NCBI GenBank assembly: GCA_973851085.1
Contig: OZ316775.1
Location: forward strand, 17,918,001-17,982,000
Direction: 5' to 3'
From: Ptychomitrium polyphyllum
Lineage: Eukaryota
Length of the DNA stretch: 64,000 nucleotides
Below, piece by piece: positions 13,207-27,500 of the stretch. The notes below the pieces were generated by a model. That model was not told the DNA's origin. It did not search any database and saw only the letters and a program-made list of their open reading frames with translations. The position numbers and the translations under genes were made by a program. Every line of letters starts with the position of its first letter. The first letter of the stretch is position 1.

Positions 13207-14735
13207 TTTGGTAAGTGGTTAATTCATACGCGGCGATGGAGCGGTCATGTAATGATACATGCATGAAGCTATGTTGGTGACTTGTTGCATAAACCTTTTT
13301 CTAGTTTTCATTTGCACAAGATTTTTGTTTAGTGAAATTGTACTTTTGGATGATGGAATTACGTTGTTTAAAAAGTGAATTTAGAAACATGATTAAAGAA
13401 CTTTACTATGGCTTTAAAGGGATCACTAAAGAATGATATGGTTATTTTAATTCACCCTTACCTTGGAATGTAGGAGATAAATAAAAAATGATAACAAACC
13501 ATTTATAAATTTACATTTCCTAAGTATAAAATATTATCAGAATCCAATAGCTTTTATTAAGATAGTTTCCTTTATACATGTCCATATTAATATGTTCATT
13601 TACCATATACTAGAGAAGGCATTGTTCTTTTTGATATTATCACCAAAATAGCTCCACAAGGAATTGAGATTTTGTAATTCACTAAATTGCATTATCTTTC
13701 TTGTTATTTTGAATTTTATGGATGCTAAATTTCTTTTTTTTAAAAACGAATGTTTACATTACTTTACATAATATACATTAATTACTTCAATGCTATTCTA
13801 TCTCATTTTTCAATCTTTTATAAAAATAGTTGTATGTAAAATCAATTTCCATTGTTCAATTAACCTTGTTAATATCATGTGGACAAAAACACAAGGCCAA
13901 TAGAGAACTAAACACTTCATTTTTGCTAGTTACTTAATTGAAACCAAGTTTCTCTTAAATGCAAAGTAAAACACAATTCTTTTCAAAAAAAATATGGCTA
14001 CTTTCACATCTTTGATGTGATGGCATTTAATGCATACTTTTGTATAATTATAAAAGTAGAAAAATAAAAAAGAAACCATAGATAATAAAAAGATAAACAA
14101 TAACAATAAAAAAGAAAAAAGAAAATAAAAAACAATTTACAGTAAAATAGAAAAAAGAAATGTGAATTATAAAAATTAAACAATAAACACCAATTAATAA
14201 AAAGTAAAAGTAAAAAAGTAAAAAGTAAAACTAAAAGTGAGTATGTCAAAAATAAAAAATAGAAATAAAAAACAGAAAAGTAATAGATAAACAATAAACA
14301 TAAAGCAGTAAAGAAATAAATGTTAAAAAAGTAGAAGTGAAATGATAAGTAAAAGAAAAAATAAAAGTTGATTATAAGTGTGGACTGAACTATACGGTTT
14401 CTTTTTGCTTTTTGTATAGAAACCTAAAAAATAATATTCAAGCGTTTATTCATGTTTTATAAATAGAAAATAATTCTTTTTCAAAATTTGATTTTTGAGT
14501 TTCACTTTGCGTTTTAAACGTATCCCAAATTTCTTTGCTTTGCACTCTTATTTTACATGTTGAGGCCATTTTTTTAAATCATAGTTTTGCTTCTAAGATT
14601 ACTACAAGGATTGATGCCAAGAACTTCCAAGACAACTAATTTTGAGTTTCACACTAATGACAACAAGCCCTGCCATACTAAGGAAGACAGACACCTACAA
14701 CTTGGAAATCCAAAATTGGACTAGGAATTACTGGA

Positions 14736-14790
14736 CCAAATACAGCCAAATACAGCCAAATACAGCCAAATACAGCCAAATACAGCCAAA
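14736..14790. repeat. (TACAGCCAAA)5.5 perfect decamer array
   Basis: Five exact copies at 14741-14790 preceded by CCAAA. Confidence 0.95.
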
Positions 14791-15395
14791 TTCATACTAA
14801 ACTGAACACAAGCATTCAAAAGAAGATGGTTAGCGATTGGTCGCAAACAGCCAAAAGCAAGCCATGAGGAACTACCAAAGATGAAGAGGACTACAGAAAA
14901 TGTGGCACAAGCGAAAGCCCTTGCCACCGGTCAGAGGAAACAACGCACGAGGTCCGCGGTCCAGATGTCAGGGCTCAAGCCCTGGACGGCACCTGGGCGG
15001 CACCTGGACGTCGGCAGAGGCGCAGCAGTCCGGGGGATGAAAGCCCGCCGAAACCATCCGAATCCATCTGAAACCATCCGGATCCCATCCCACTCAGGCA
15101 CAGTTTTCCCCAGCGGAGGAGCGGAGGCGAGGATCGCTCTCGCCGTCGTGTCTAGTGTTGCGCACTTCGCACCCACGGACGCCCATTCTCTGTGTTTCTG
15201 AGGTGCGTGTGGCTTTGTTGTCGTCCTTGCCGAGTCATCGAGAGAGCGGGGAGACAGAGCGCGGCCTTTCGTCTTCGGTCTCTCGTTTCCACATCACAAG
15301 GAGCACAAGAGTGCAGCTTTTTGGAGAGGAGGACAGGAGAGGGGTGGATTTGAGGCTGTGGTGAAGGGACGGGGACAATCTTCAGGGTGGAGGGG

Positions 15396-18300
15396 ATGGT
15401 GGGGGCGGCGACCGCGGAGGAGAATGTGGAGCACGGAGGGTTTTCCATGCGCCTAGCTCGGAGGAAGGTGATTATTGACACGGATCCGGGCATTGGTACG
15501 TGGTTTGTCCCTCGTATTGCTGCCAGTTGGCAGTTCGCAGAAGTGAGGCTCTGCAACTTTTGGTTTCAGATTGGAAGTTGGATGTCGTTTTTGGTTCGAA
15601 CGCCACAGCTGCAATTGGTTATGTCATTGGCTCCGCAAGCGATATTTGCATGGTCGTTTTGCAAAATCGAATCGTGCATGCTTTATAAAGGGGATAGGGA
15701 ATTTGGCTTTTCGATGGGAATTTGGTCTTCGTGGATTGTCTTCTCCGATTCTCCACATCTGGGCTCCAATTTCTCGTGCATGGTAAGTTGTCGTTTTAGT
15801 TTTCGAAGTGAGCATACTTGGCGTGTCACTGCATTATATTTGGGTTCTGACCACGGTTCTAGGGAAGTATTATCAACTCGTAACTCTAAAATAGACTAGA
15901 CTCTGTGGACCCTACTCTAAGGATCCTGTTCACTAATATGTCCAAGCATGCAATCAGGTGTACTTCTGAAGTATCAACATTTGTGGTCCCGGCTGCACCT
16001 ATGTGACCAATCAGCATAAGGGATATCAATAAAACAGTCATAAATGGGCTAGGACATTCTGAACTTTGTCTTCACACAGACAATGATGACATGAATTTGA
16101 GGAAATGTTAAATGAGAATTGCTGATGATTCTGCAAGGGATACACCCGCTTTGGGTTATGTTTGAAACTTTACTCTGCCTTTTTCGGTCCAAATTGCCTC
16201 CTCGTTATGCGATCGGGGTTAGCACTTGGAGTATGTCAGTCTTCACTGTAGACGCTATTCTGTTGTTCGGTTTCTTGGTTGGCTAATAGTTTGGATAGCT
16301 TGCCATCCTGTGTATAACATGGAAGTATGCATTGATGTGCAGATGACATGATGGCGATTTTTATGGCATTTCAAGCGCCTGAGATTGAAGTTATAGGACT
16401 TACTACTATTTTTGGAAACGTTGACACCGATTTGGCGACAATTAATGCCCTCCATCTGGTGAATAATTCTTCTTTATAAAATATGTGTATCTATCTGTTT
16501 TGCCTTTGTTTTTGTGAATGTGTTAGCGATGATTCCACGATCTTTGTATGAGCTAACGTAATAATGGTGAAACTTTTGAAATGTTCTCTTTTTATTTCTC
16601 CAGAGTGTAACAATGTAAAGATACCATTTATGCACGTTGACAGTTTGGGAAGTTTTGCAAGACAAATTCTTTGCCTGAGCCCTTAGTAAAAATGACCAAA
16701 TAGTTCACACGTTGCATCTGCTAAGACTCTAGCAGATTTGAACACGCACTAAGTGCATCATTGTTGGAATCCATGGAGTTGCAGCTATCTATTCATTGGT
16801 TTACTCTGAGTTTCTGAAAGCAAGGAAATTGAAATAGCCTTTGCAACATTGAGGAACACTCAGCTAATACAAACAACTGGAGACTTAAAAATTTGAGAAC
16901 TCTTGAATCCTTCAAAGTTAGACCTTATGTCAGGTTTTCCATAGATTCTCTTGCAAATTCTTTCTTTAGGAGCTGACGGTGAGTTCGCATTTTCAAGTGT
17001 GAGATGGCAGGTTTTCCCGAGGTTCCAGTTGCGGAGGGCCCATCACAACCAGTAAAGGTTTTTTCATGTTTCCCTTTGATTATTTTCTGTGATTTTCGTA
17101 ACGAAAGCGGAGGCTTTTTCTCAGATTAATCAAAGTCTTGTTTATTTCCAAGCATTCTTACGCATCACCATTGCAATTTAGATGAACTTATATGTAATCT
17201 ACAGTGGCATGAACTTCTGTGTCATGTTTTGATTTTTGGACAGCGGGTGAAACCTCGAATTGCTTATTTTGTTCATGGATCAGACGGGCTTGGAGAAACT
17301 TACCAAGCTAAACCCAAGGGCCAAAAGTCACCAAAAAGTGCTGTAGACTTCCTTATAGAGAAAGCAGCAGAATTTCCTGGTGAAGTTACAGTGGTTGCTC
17401 TGGGTCCCCTCACCAATATTGCACTGGTTAGTGACTGTTTTTTCTACACTCATTTGTTTTCAGTTGGAAGATGCTTTATGTAATATCTTGTGGTGTACTG
17501 AAAACTTTAAACTGACAATCGTTTTTGAGCCTATTGATGAGGTTGTAGCTCGCCACTTGTTCCAGCAATAACTATCTCATGAATGTCCTTTTGTGCAGGC
17601 CATCCAGAAGGACCCCAACTTTGCCAAGAATATTGGGCAACTGGTGGTCCTTGGTGGGGCCTTCAATGCAAGTGGCAATGTGAATCCTGCTGCAGAAGCC
17701 AATGTAAGTTTGAAAAGGCAAAAGTCTCATTCCAGAAATGTAAGTTGTGTGAGGATCAAGCCCTACTTCACATCACCGATGTGCTGTTTGCTTGCATTCA
17801 TTAGATTTGACCTTTGTGTCTGATCAACTCTAATAGTTATTAATATTTTATAGTAGGTGATAATTGTGTCCTTATTCATGGGTATTTACATTGTTCATTG
17901 CAGATATTTGGTGACCCTGAAGCTGCAGATATTGTGTTTAGTGCTGGATTGAACACCCTTACAGTAGGCATAAACTTGACTACTCAGGTGATATTTAATG
18001 GTAAGATCTTGTTTCGGTTCTCTCTGACATCGTCTTTCGATTGTCTGAATGTCAAATATCATGCAAAGTTTTCAGAGTTTCTCTTACTAAGGACTGTCTA
18101 TTCTTGTGGTTGCACTTAAGTGTCAAGCAGACAGTCAGGCATTTTGAACAAATATGCAACTTGCATGAGTTGACCTGATGTTCTTCTTAACTTTGTGTTG
18201 TCATTCTGCAGAGCAGGATTTATGTGAAATAAGGGATTCAGGTGGAAAGTATGGACAATATGTTTTCGAGTGTTGTCGGTTTTATCACGATTGGCATTTA

Positions 18301-19029
18301 GCGTCTGATCATTTTGATGGTATACCACTTTTCTACGAAGAAACCGCCGCATTACGCTTTTTCTTGGTGCACGAGATTTCAACTCTTGCCACTTGGAGCT
18401 CCATGCTTCCGTTTTCCTGTGTAATTGTGCTTTATCTCCATGCAACGAAGCTTGTGTTCAAAATCTTCATCAAAAGCTCTAGCTTATGGATTTCATATTC
18501 GTTGTTTGGAGAGAATAGGTAAATGCTTACGAATGTTGAATATAAAGCACGGGCCCCTGACCTACTTGCTTATTCAATTTTACAGGGATTTATCTTCACG
18601 ATCCTACATGCATGACAGCACTGCTCGATCCTACGCTTTTTACGTTCAAGAAAGGAGCTGTGCGAGTTGAGACTGAGGGGATTTGCGTAGGCCACACTCT
18701 TCTTGATATGGGACTGAAAAAGTACGTTACAGTAAATGATCCATGTATCACCTCTTTAATTCGTTCAGTAAACCCTATCTGTGATCATTTTATGTTGCAC
18801 AACTATCTGACGTTAGTAAATTATCTGAATCACTAATTTCTACATCGGCTAGAGCATATCATCATTAGAATTAGCAATTTAGTGAGCTCATTCCCTAATT
18901 TTATTCTCCTGTGTTGACAGTTGGGTAGGAAATAATCTTTGGACTGGCGTGCCTCCTATTGACGTTGGAATTACAGTTGATGCTGACGGCGTTCGAAACC
19001 TTGTAAAGAAACTCCTTTGCAGCTCTTAA
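15396..19029 (+). CDS. Nucleoside N-ribohydrolase, subclass II (uridine/xanthosine type, URH1/NSH1-like); 9 exons, about 337 aa
   Basis: Exons 15396-15495, 16343-16458, 16998-17057, 17244-17426, 17599-17703, 17904-18000, 18212-18319, 18586-18721, 18921-19029 (1014 nt), all GT-AG and in phase. Motifs: RKVIIDTDPGIDDMMAI, FVHGSDGLG, ALGPLTNIAL, NPAAEANIFGDPEAA, FYHDWHLASDHFDGIYLHDP (W...SD signature of subclass II). Confidence 0.95.
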
Positions 19030-21099
19030 GAGCAGCAATTCTACTATCCACGTGAATGACTCGCATGCTTCCTGATGCTGAAGATCTAGAAACTGTAGTT
19101 GCAGCAAATGCTCCTTTTGGTCAGATCTGAATTAGAGAACAGGTGCAATGGAGCTCCTGGTAATCTAACTGTAGAATTTCCTCGACCACTTAAAGATCCA
19201 GTTGCCAATCATCTCTTTGTTAGAATCAACTTTCAGACAAGAAGATAGTTTGATTTGTTCCTGATTTTCACAGATTACGTCCAAAGGTACAGGAGCTCAA
19301 GGAGGGAGATTACTCTTCATTCTTCGCCTTGTGTAAACCACATTAATTGAGTTGTAATATGAAGCCACATATTGTGGCCTGTGTTTTTTCCAGTAAGGCA
19401 AACACTTCAGTGTTTTACTCTGTTGTTGTTGAAGGTTTTTTGGTGTTCTTTTTTTGCTTTATGACGCATAGAAAAGATGTTGCATGGCAATGATAACCGT
19501 GCACCAACTGCGAAACCTGTGTCTTGTTCAAGTTAGTAAACTATAGTATCAGAGGCAGGTTTAAGATGCATGCCTCATCTTCTTTCTCTTCCTAGGCCTT
19601 GGGACTTGTGAAAGTTTTGTTAAGTTCTAAACCTGGCCGCCGCCTTCATCATTCTGCATCTTTCGGAATCTGAACACTTCGGCAACTTGGCTACCTCAGA
19701 TTGGGCGCATCTTGGATGCAATACTATTACGGCACTGCTGTTGACCATTTCAGCGTTTGCTTGTATGCCTAAGTTTTTGGATATGTATATATACGGCCTG
19801 CATTCCATGTAAGACCATGTAAGACCGGACCTTACATTTCACATAAAAGACAGAATTGATTGATAAAAGGAAAAATCTGAAATCACTTTGATGCATACAT
19901 ATTTGAATGTAGGGTTGAGTTGCGTGGTCACATAGAAACTAGTTCAAACTTTATTCTAAAAGTTTTTGGACTTTCTCCATGGTGTAAACCTATTTTTAAT
20001 TACAATTTACAACAAAATAATCTCTTAAATTTGTTAATGGGGTATTTAGTTCTCTAATGGGGCATTGCTAAAATGTATCAAAATTGCTTCCGTTTTAGGA
20101 TAAAAGTTTTATTCAACAATATTGTCCACTCTTGTTTCATGTAGCTGCAAGTCACTATAGCATCTTTATATTGTACAACATTTTCAAGCATAATAAGTTT
20201 TTTACACTCATTGAAAATTCTATATTAATTATAAAAAACTTATTCTTAGAAAATATTCTTTCTAATTTACTTTATTTGTTGCAAATGTATTACTCAAGCT
20301 CATCAAATGTTTTGTGTGAATGAGCCATGAGACCTTGGATCTTGAAGTGAAGGAAGATTTTTTTTGAAAAAAAAGTACCTCATAACTACTTGCTTGTTTT
20401 TTAATTGTCATTGACAATGCCGCACTCTCATTCCTGATTACATTATATCACATTTTATAGTGATGTTTTATAAGGTCCTTAATTAGTCATGAGACATGAC
20501 TTTGGAAAAATGTATGATAAGTGGATATGCTTCAAAAAGATTATTAGTTTTTGGACACATAAAATTAGTTTGAATACATTGCCATATAACTTCCAAGTCT
20601 ATTTTATTTTAAAAATTTAAATTTAAATTTAAATCCAAATCTATTGAAACATGTTACATATGACATGTAAATGATCAAGAAAAGACACTAGTTGAAATTT
20701 TTTATATGCCACATTGATGTATTGGACCAACAATTAGAAATGGTAATGAAGCACATTTGACAATGGTACTTATCATTATTCTAAAATGCCACATAGAGCT
20801 TCTTGAAACTTTTGCTATAACATTTTTACAAGAATACTTAAAAAAGTTATAGTAGAAGTTTGAAGAAACTCTCTATGCTTTGTAATTTGCTTTCCTAAAT
20901 TGGGGATCATTTTCCTAGAACCATGTTTATCTTCAAAATTAGTGTCTGATTGTTTTCCTTTGGAGGTTAATCTTGGAGATTTTCGACCACAGACTAGGTT
21001 AAAACTTTGTGAAAAACCAGCCCTGGTCACACTCCAGCTGTTGAAGAATCCGCTCACGCCATGGCTTGCTGACATAGAACAGACACGGTACCCAACTGT

Positions 21100-22601
21100 A
21101 CCATCAACCTTTACTTATGGCGTCTGGCACGCCTGGCGCGCATGCCCATTCGCCCTTGCAGACCGCAACGCTGGGTCCACCGCGTCCCCTGCAGGCTCCC
21201 CCATGCGGGCCCCGCCGCCGCCGCTGGCTCTGCAATAAACAGTCGGTGCCAGACTTGCCACCCTCGCCCCACTCTTGCGCCTTCACTACTCCGTTTTCTA
21301 CCTGCCCGTGGAGAGCAGGACACCCGCGCAGCCTTAGGCACCCCCCGGCCCGACCAAGGGTCGCACACCTCAAAACCGTCACTGCACGTATAACCACCAG
21401 AACTATATGGCATCGGCGTACATTTGTGTTTTTCAAAGTCTAGAACTGCGTAGGTGTGGAGGCTTTGGCGAGAAGACTCCCTTTTGCGCATGCTTTTCCG
21501 TTTACTGCATGAGTGTACAGTACTTTAGCTCGGACGCTTGCTCTAGTATGTTAGTTGGTTGTTTTCCGGCTAGTGTCTTGCAGTGTCTGTGTGTCTGTCT
21601 GCGGAGCGTTCTCGTGCAGACATTGGTGGAGGCACGCGCGCGCCGGGAGGACGAGAGCCCTTTTCCCGGAGAGTTCGGTCGGGAAGGCATTCGCGTGGGA
21701 GGAGGTTAGAGCAGGAGCGGCGAGAGGATTTCGCCGCAGCTTGGAGGATTCTCGGTTTGGTTTGAGGTCGTGGGGAGGCCTTAGGGTTTGGTTTGGTTTG
21801 GTTTGGTTGGTGAGTGTTGTTGAGGTGCTGGCACTTCGTTGGCGGGGTTTGGTTTGGCGGAGTTTCGGTTTTCTCTTGAGTAGGGACGGTGACGGGGGAT
21901 CGGACGCCAGGAAGGAGGTGGATTTCTGGTGTTTGAGGTTGTGTTGCGGAAGTACGAGAATTGAGTTGGCGGTGGCGGGCGTAGCGTGCATAAGGTAGGA
22001 GATGGAGTGTCTGTGGAGTTGACTTTTGCGCCTTTTGGACTGGATCCTACCTAGGGCGTGTTTTGGTTGAGTTTTATGATCGCGGTGGTGTTGGAGCCAT
22101 CCTCTCTTGTAATCTTAATTTTTCTGTCATTGTGAGGTGATTTTTTAAGGGAGGTGAATGGTTAGTTTGGTGTTGAGGCGCACGGAGCATCGGCGTGTTT
22201 TTGGAAGTGGTCTAAATGCGTTTCGAGATCGCCGCATGTTGTAAATTAGGGTTCTAGCTTAGGAGGGGGTTCGTATGGATATTACGTTGTTTGTTGTGGG
22301 TGAGAATGAGTTTTTCGTTGGATTTCAGAGTCTGAGGACGATTGCGCGCCTTTCTTTTGAGGTAAATTGGTCAAAATTGTTTGGAGGAAGTCAAATTGGT
22401 CGTTCGTGTGATGCAGAAAATGGCAGAGTGTTGGTTTTCCTGCGCGAATGGATGCGAGGGGATCAAAATTCTCTTGAGATTGCCGAGCGTTGTGTTCTCG
22501 AATAGTTTCTAACCCATATTGTATGGGATTTGTGGTGTTTGGTGTTGCTCAGCTGATTCGTTCGGTGAAATAGTGCGAAAGTATCAACGTTATATTTCAA
22601 G
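21100..22601 (+). promoter_or_regulatory. GC-rich promoter and 5' UTR of MED15 with a probable 5' UTR intron (about 21995-22601)
   Basis: Sharp GC-rich island directly upstream of the MED15 ATG; donor-like AAG|GTAGGA near 21994 and acceptor-like TTTCAAG near 22601; the overlapping ORFs here are low-complexity and non-homologous. Confidence 0.5.
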
Positions 22602-22637
22602 AATTGACAATATTGGATCCGGGTGAACGAGCTCAAC

Positions 22638-24514
22638 ATGGATAATTCCTGGCGTGCGTCGTTGGCGCACGATTCTCGTCAAAAAATAGTGAAAAGAATG
22701 TAAGTTTGAAATGCTCGACCTCAACTCTTTCACAATTTGCTCATCCATCTCGAAGGTGAGGTTTTGATTCACCAATTGTTAGCACTTACTGGCCTTATAA
22801 TCATGTTGCCAGACTTCTAGTCTTCTGTGAACAGTGTTGTTGCTGTATGTCCTGTGGCAAAACTTTCTTATGCTGTAGTGTGATCGAATGGTGCGGGATT
22901 ACGTCCTGTCTTACAACGTCACCATCATACCCTAGCCGCTTCGGTGGCAGAAACGTGATCCTCACGCTTCTCTACCTAGCAGATTTTATGTATGTAGAAA
23001 TGCAGATCTAGGAGCGCTGAAAGTGAGTAGGCTCCCTGTCACAGTCGTGCTTGGGGTTTGACCGACTGGCTAGTCGTGTGAACGTTGACCACGAAGTTAG
23101 TCTGTAATAGCACATTGCTCATGTTCATTTTTATCTCGGTTCGTGATGTCGGATTACATGTATGGTTTCATGTTTGTGAGGGGTTTATTGATTGTGAAAT
23201 TTGCTTAAATTGTATTTTTACGTCAATCCGCTCTGTTTTGTTGCAGCATGGACACACTTCAGCGTCACATGCCAGTCGCAGGACAGGATGGCGTGGAGGA
23301 GCTCCGTAAGATCGCATGGCGATTTGAAGAGAAGATCTTTCAAGCGGCAACCGATCAAGTAGTCTTCCTTTCCAGCAATTTAATTTAGTTTTGGTTTACT
23401 AAAAGTGCTGTTATTTTTAGACTAATCCTCTTGAATGGGAGCAGGCTTAGATTGTAAAATGTCTCCTTTTGAACATGTTCATCGTTATGGTTTTTCCATA
23501 CTTCCTTCACATAATTTTAGGCCCAATGTTGTGTGCCCTTCTGCATTCATTTTTATCTCTGTACAAAAAGTCAGCTAAATACATTACATGGGCACACGAT
23601 TGACACTTTATATGAATGATGTATTTGCAGCAAGATTATCTACGAAAGATCTCGCTTAAGATGTTGTCACTTGAAACTAAGGCCAACGGGAATCCCATTC
23701 AAGCCAGGCACCCAACTGGAGCACAGGCAGCTGCGCAGGCAGCAATGAAGCCAGTAGATCCAGGTTAGTGTTTATTGCCCGAACCTTAAAGTACGTGGAT
23801 ATGGTAGATACCGGAAAATCAGTTTCTGGTTGGTGAAGTTGAGTTGTCTTTTCATCCGGAACTTCTCTTCCCTGGAGAGCTGTCTTAGGATGTCTTGGTG
23901 CATCTCTTTTGATCGGTGGCTTCCATCAGTGCTTATTAATGAAACCTCATAACGTTTATAGAATTCTATTAATCATCTGGCTTCCACTTTGTAAAATCTA
24001 AGACCTTTAGATTTATATCGTGAAGATTTATTCATACATATGCAACCAATTAAGTGAGGCGAAGACTTGCGTAGGTGAAATTATCTCTTTCATAAGAGGT
24101 AATTATACATATCTGCGGCCTTACCTCTGAACTGTTGATATGTTTGGATTTACAGCTGCGTTAGCAATGCGAAATGCTGCTCAAACGTTGAACAATGGAG
24201 TCCAGCTAGGGAGCCAGGCTCAACAGCAGCTTCAGCAGCAACAGCAACAGCTTCAGCAACGTCAACAGCAGCAACAACTTCTGGCACAGTCTCTCCAGGC
24301 TAATGGAGCTGGTGGACTTCAAACCCCAGCTACTGGGTTGGGCTCCAATTTGTCAGCGATGGCTGGTGTGCCCCAGAACCCTATGGCAGCCATGGCTGGT
24401 CAAATGAATTCCAGTCAAATGAATCCTACCATGATGAACAACCGCCTACAGCAGATGCAGCAGCAGCAGCAGCAGCGTCAAGCTGCTCAACAAGCTCAAC
24501 AACAGCAAGCGCAA

Positions 24515-24546
<32 letters not shown>

Positions 24547-27500
24547 ACAGCAGGTTTGAAGTCTTGTCTCCTGCTGGAGGTCCTTTGTTACTGGCGTGGG
24601 GTTGGCGTTTTACTACAAGGCACTTTATGCAAGTTGTGATGTGCTTAGTCTCTTCAGCTTTTCCTTAAACTCAGCCTTGTATCTGTATATCAATCCATTT
24701 TTCTAGTGTTGTTTTGAAATTATGGACGAGTACGCCAGGGTCCGTTGCTGGTAGTAGGACTTATGAATGTATTGATCGCTTGCCTACCGTTATGAGGTTT
24801 TGAAGATTTGGAGTAGACTTCCCCTTTTTTCCTAGTTGAGATGATCTGAAAATGTAAATGATGATAACGTAAACGACTTACCAGACTGGTTCTAGCTCAG
24901 ATCCGGTCAACATTGGCAAGTTTTAGTTGAAAATAGGTGTGAATAAATCTATAATTTACCTATAAAGTTTGGTTCTAATGCATTAGGATATTCTTGCTTG
25001 TAAGGCTGGTTATTTTGAAGAAGCCAAGAGGCATTTGAAGCATGTTTCTGTAATCTGAGGTCCTATGATGGTTGGTGGAAGCAGAATAATCAGCAACAAT
25101 TGCTATTCCAGCAGCAGCAGCAGCAGCGGCTGCAGCAACAGCAGCAGCAGCAGCAACATCAAGCACTTTTGAAGCAGAAGTTGCAACAGCAGCAGCAGCA
25201 GCAGCAGCAACAACAACAACAGTCACTTCTCCAGCATCAACAACAGCAATCGTTGCAACAGCAACAGGTGAGTATACTTTCGATGTCCCGTCCTTATGAA
25301 CTGAGTCTTTTATTGCGTTCATGTCCTAGGGAAATTATTTCCAATTTTTATAACTATTTAGATTATTATTAGGTGAATTAAATTACAACATCATTCAAAA
25401 CAGAGTTCTGTCAATCTAGCTCTGATAACACTACACTTGTACCTGCTGCAATGTTATGTTATTTGTGACTGTGGCTTGAGATCTTATGGTGTATGAGGTT
25501 AAGGAGAGTATGTAGTGCTGTTTTGCATTCGTATGTCAAGTGATTCGTCTTGAGCACGTAGAATTCTATATTTACCAGGCTTGTGGATTGCAGCAACAGC
25601 AACCTGTAAGCCAGCTCTTGGGCCAGAGCAATGCAGCACTGCAGCAGCAGCAGCAGCAGCAGCAGCAGCTGATGCAACAACAGCTTCTGCAACAATCTAA
25701 ACAACAGCAGCAAGTGAGTGACTTAATTTGTTTGTCATTTATGAATGCCGGGGTGGCAAGGAGTTCTTTTGGTCTTTAGAAACACTAGTGTTGCAGTACT
25801 AGGGATTTTAAGCACTATGTAGTGCACTAATAGTTTGTAATCTCCACAGCAGCAGCAGCAGCAACAACAGCAACAACAACAATCTCAGCAGCAGCAGCAG
25901 CCTGCTACACCCACTCAGTCGCAACAGTCGCAGCAATCACAACCTATTGTGCAGCAGCCTGGTCAGCAGCAGTCTGGCTCGAATCAACAACCCCAACAGC
26001 GTATTGGGCAGCCAGGTAATTTGATCACGTCTACCTTATTTTGTTGATATGAGTATGATGGTTCTTAGGTTTCTTTTTGTTTTTCTAAAATAGTTGGGAT
26101 AATTAGTTGCAATTTCAAACAGCGGCTACATGACGCTTAGTGCGATTGTGTCCATTTGTACTGTGCTGAAGCCAAGAGATTTAAAGTACATTGAGGTCGA
26201 ATTGAAATGACGTAATGATGTAAACGAACGCTAGACCAGTCTATCAATTGCGTTAGCTGTCCAGCAGTTTTAGGAAGATTCTAGAAAAGTGTTGTTATTG
26301 TGCCATGTTCCCTCTTTAACACTACTTTTTAAAAAATTTGGAATGTATGCAAAATTAAGTCATACTCTAGCAATAAATGCAGGTTTGCTGCAGCAGCAGC
26401 AGCAGCAGCAGCAAAACATGCTGCTTCAGGCTCAACAACAGCGTGCTATTCCTGAGCCTTCAACAGGTTCGACTTAATTCCATTTGAGCTATATCCAAGT
26501 ATGAGGGTTTCCTATTCCATCTTTTGATTCAAATGTGTAGTATGTACGTATGCACATAGAAAGCTGGTTTTGGCAAATTCTCTGGTCTAGCAATTTTCTT
26601 TGTTATGTACAACAAGAGGTTTCTGTGAAGTTGATTTGTAACCTATTTGTATCTGCATAATAGCGGACAAGTGAATTGGTTTTGAAAGCGTTCCGCCAGT
26701 TGAGCTGGCGACTTTCACTGTTAACTGGATTCACTGCCTACGTGCCCTTTAAGACTAGTTGTTCTAAATATCACTAACCCCCCGTCATACTGGACATATC
26801 TGTTAGCGGTTGATTGTTTAGAGATGGTATTACCTATGGTTTGATATGGCCATATTTTAACTTGTACTGTTTGCAATATTGCAGCCTCTGTTGAGTCATC
26901 AGCTCATTCTGGACCTACAGGAGCTGCTGCAGGGAACGTGGACCAACGTGAACTTGTGTGGACCAAGGTGAATAGCATTTTATGTAATTTATATGGGCTA
27001 TTGCAAGCACTTCAGCTTGTGCTGTTTTGAACGCTTTGTCACTGTTATTGGATACAGCCGTATTGTGTATTTAACACTTGCTTGGTTTGGTTTTGATAGC
27101 TTCAACTTTTGAAGGACAAATACCTGCAAGACATGAACGAGCTGTTTGGAATGCTTTCAAACCGCAGTACTCAGGTCTGCATTTTCCTTGCACAAATAGC
27201 TCATAATGCTCATTGGTCTCATCCTCATGGATTTATTAATTCATAGTTCGGTTAAAACGATATAAAGAAGATAAACAATTACCCAGATTCCAAACGTACC
27301 TATGCTCCTCCAAGCTTACGTTTTAATGAGCTTCCTACTGATTCTCGTTTTGTATTCTTGTGGCAGCCTATGCCTGCTGAACAATTGCAGAAGCTGAAGC
27401 ATTACAAGGATGTCTTACATCGAATGATTCCTTACCTACGTGTTCCAAAAGATAGAGTACCAAAAGAGTTCAATCAAGATAAAGTGGATGCTTTTGAGAA

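Noticed and set aside
14004..14370. Hydrophobic 96-aa ORF resembling a membrane protein
   Set aside because: Antisense reading of an A-rich low-complexity tract.
21104..21998. Cluster of overlapping 60-147 aa ORFs
   Set aside because: Expected from the stop-poor GC-rich promoter and 5' UTR of MED15; no domain similarity.
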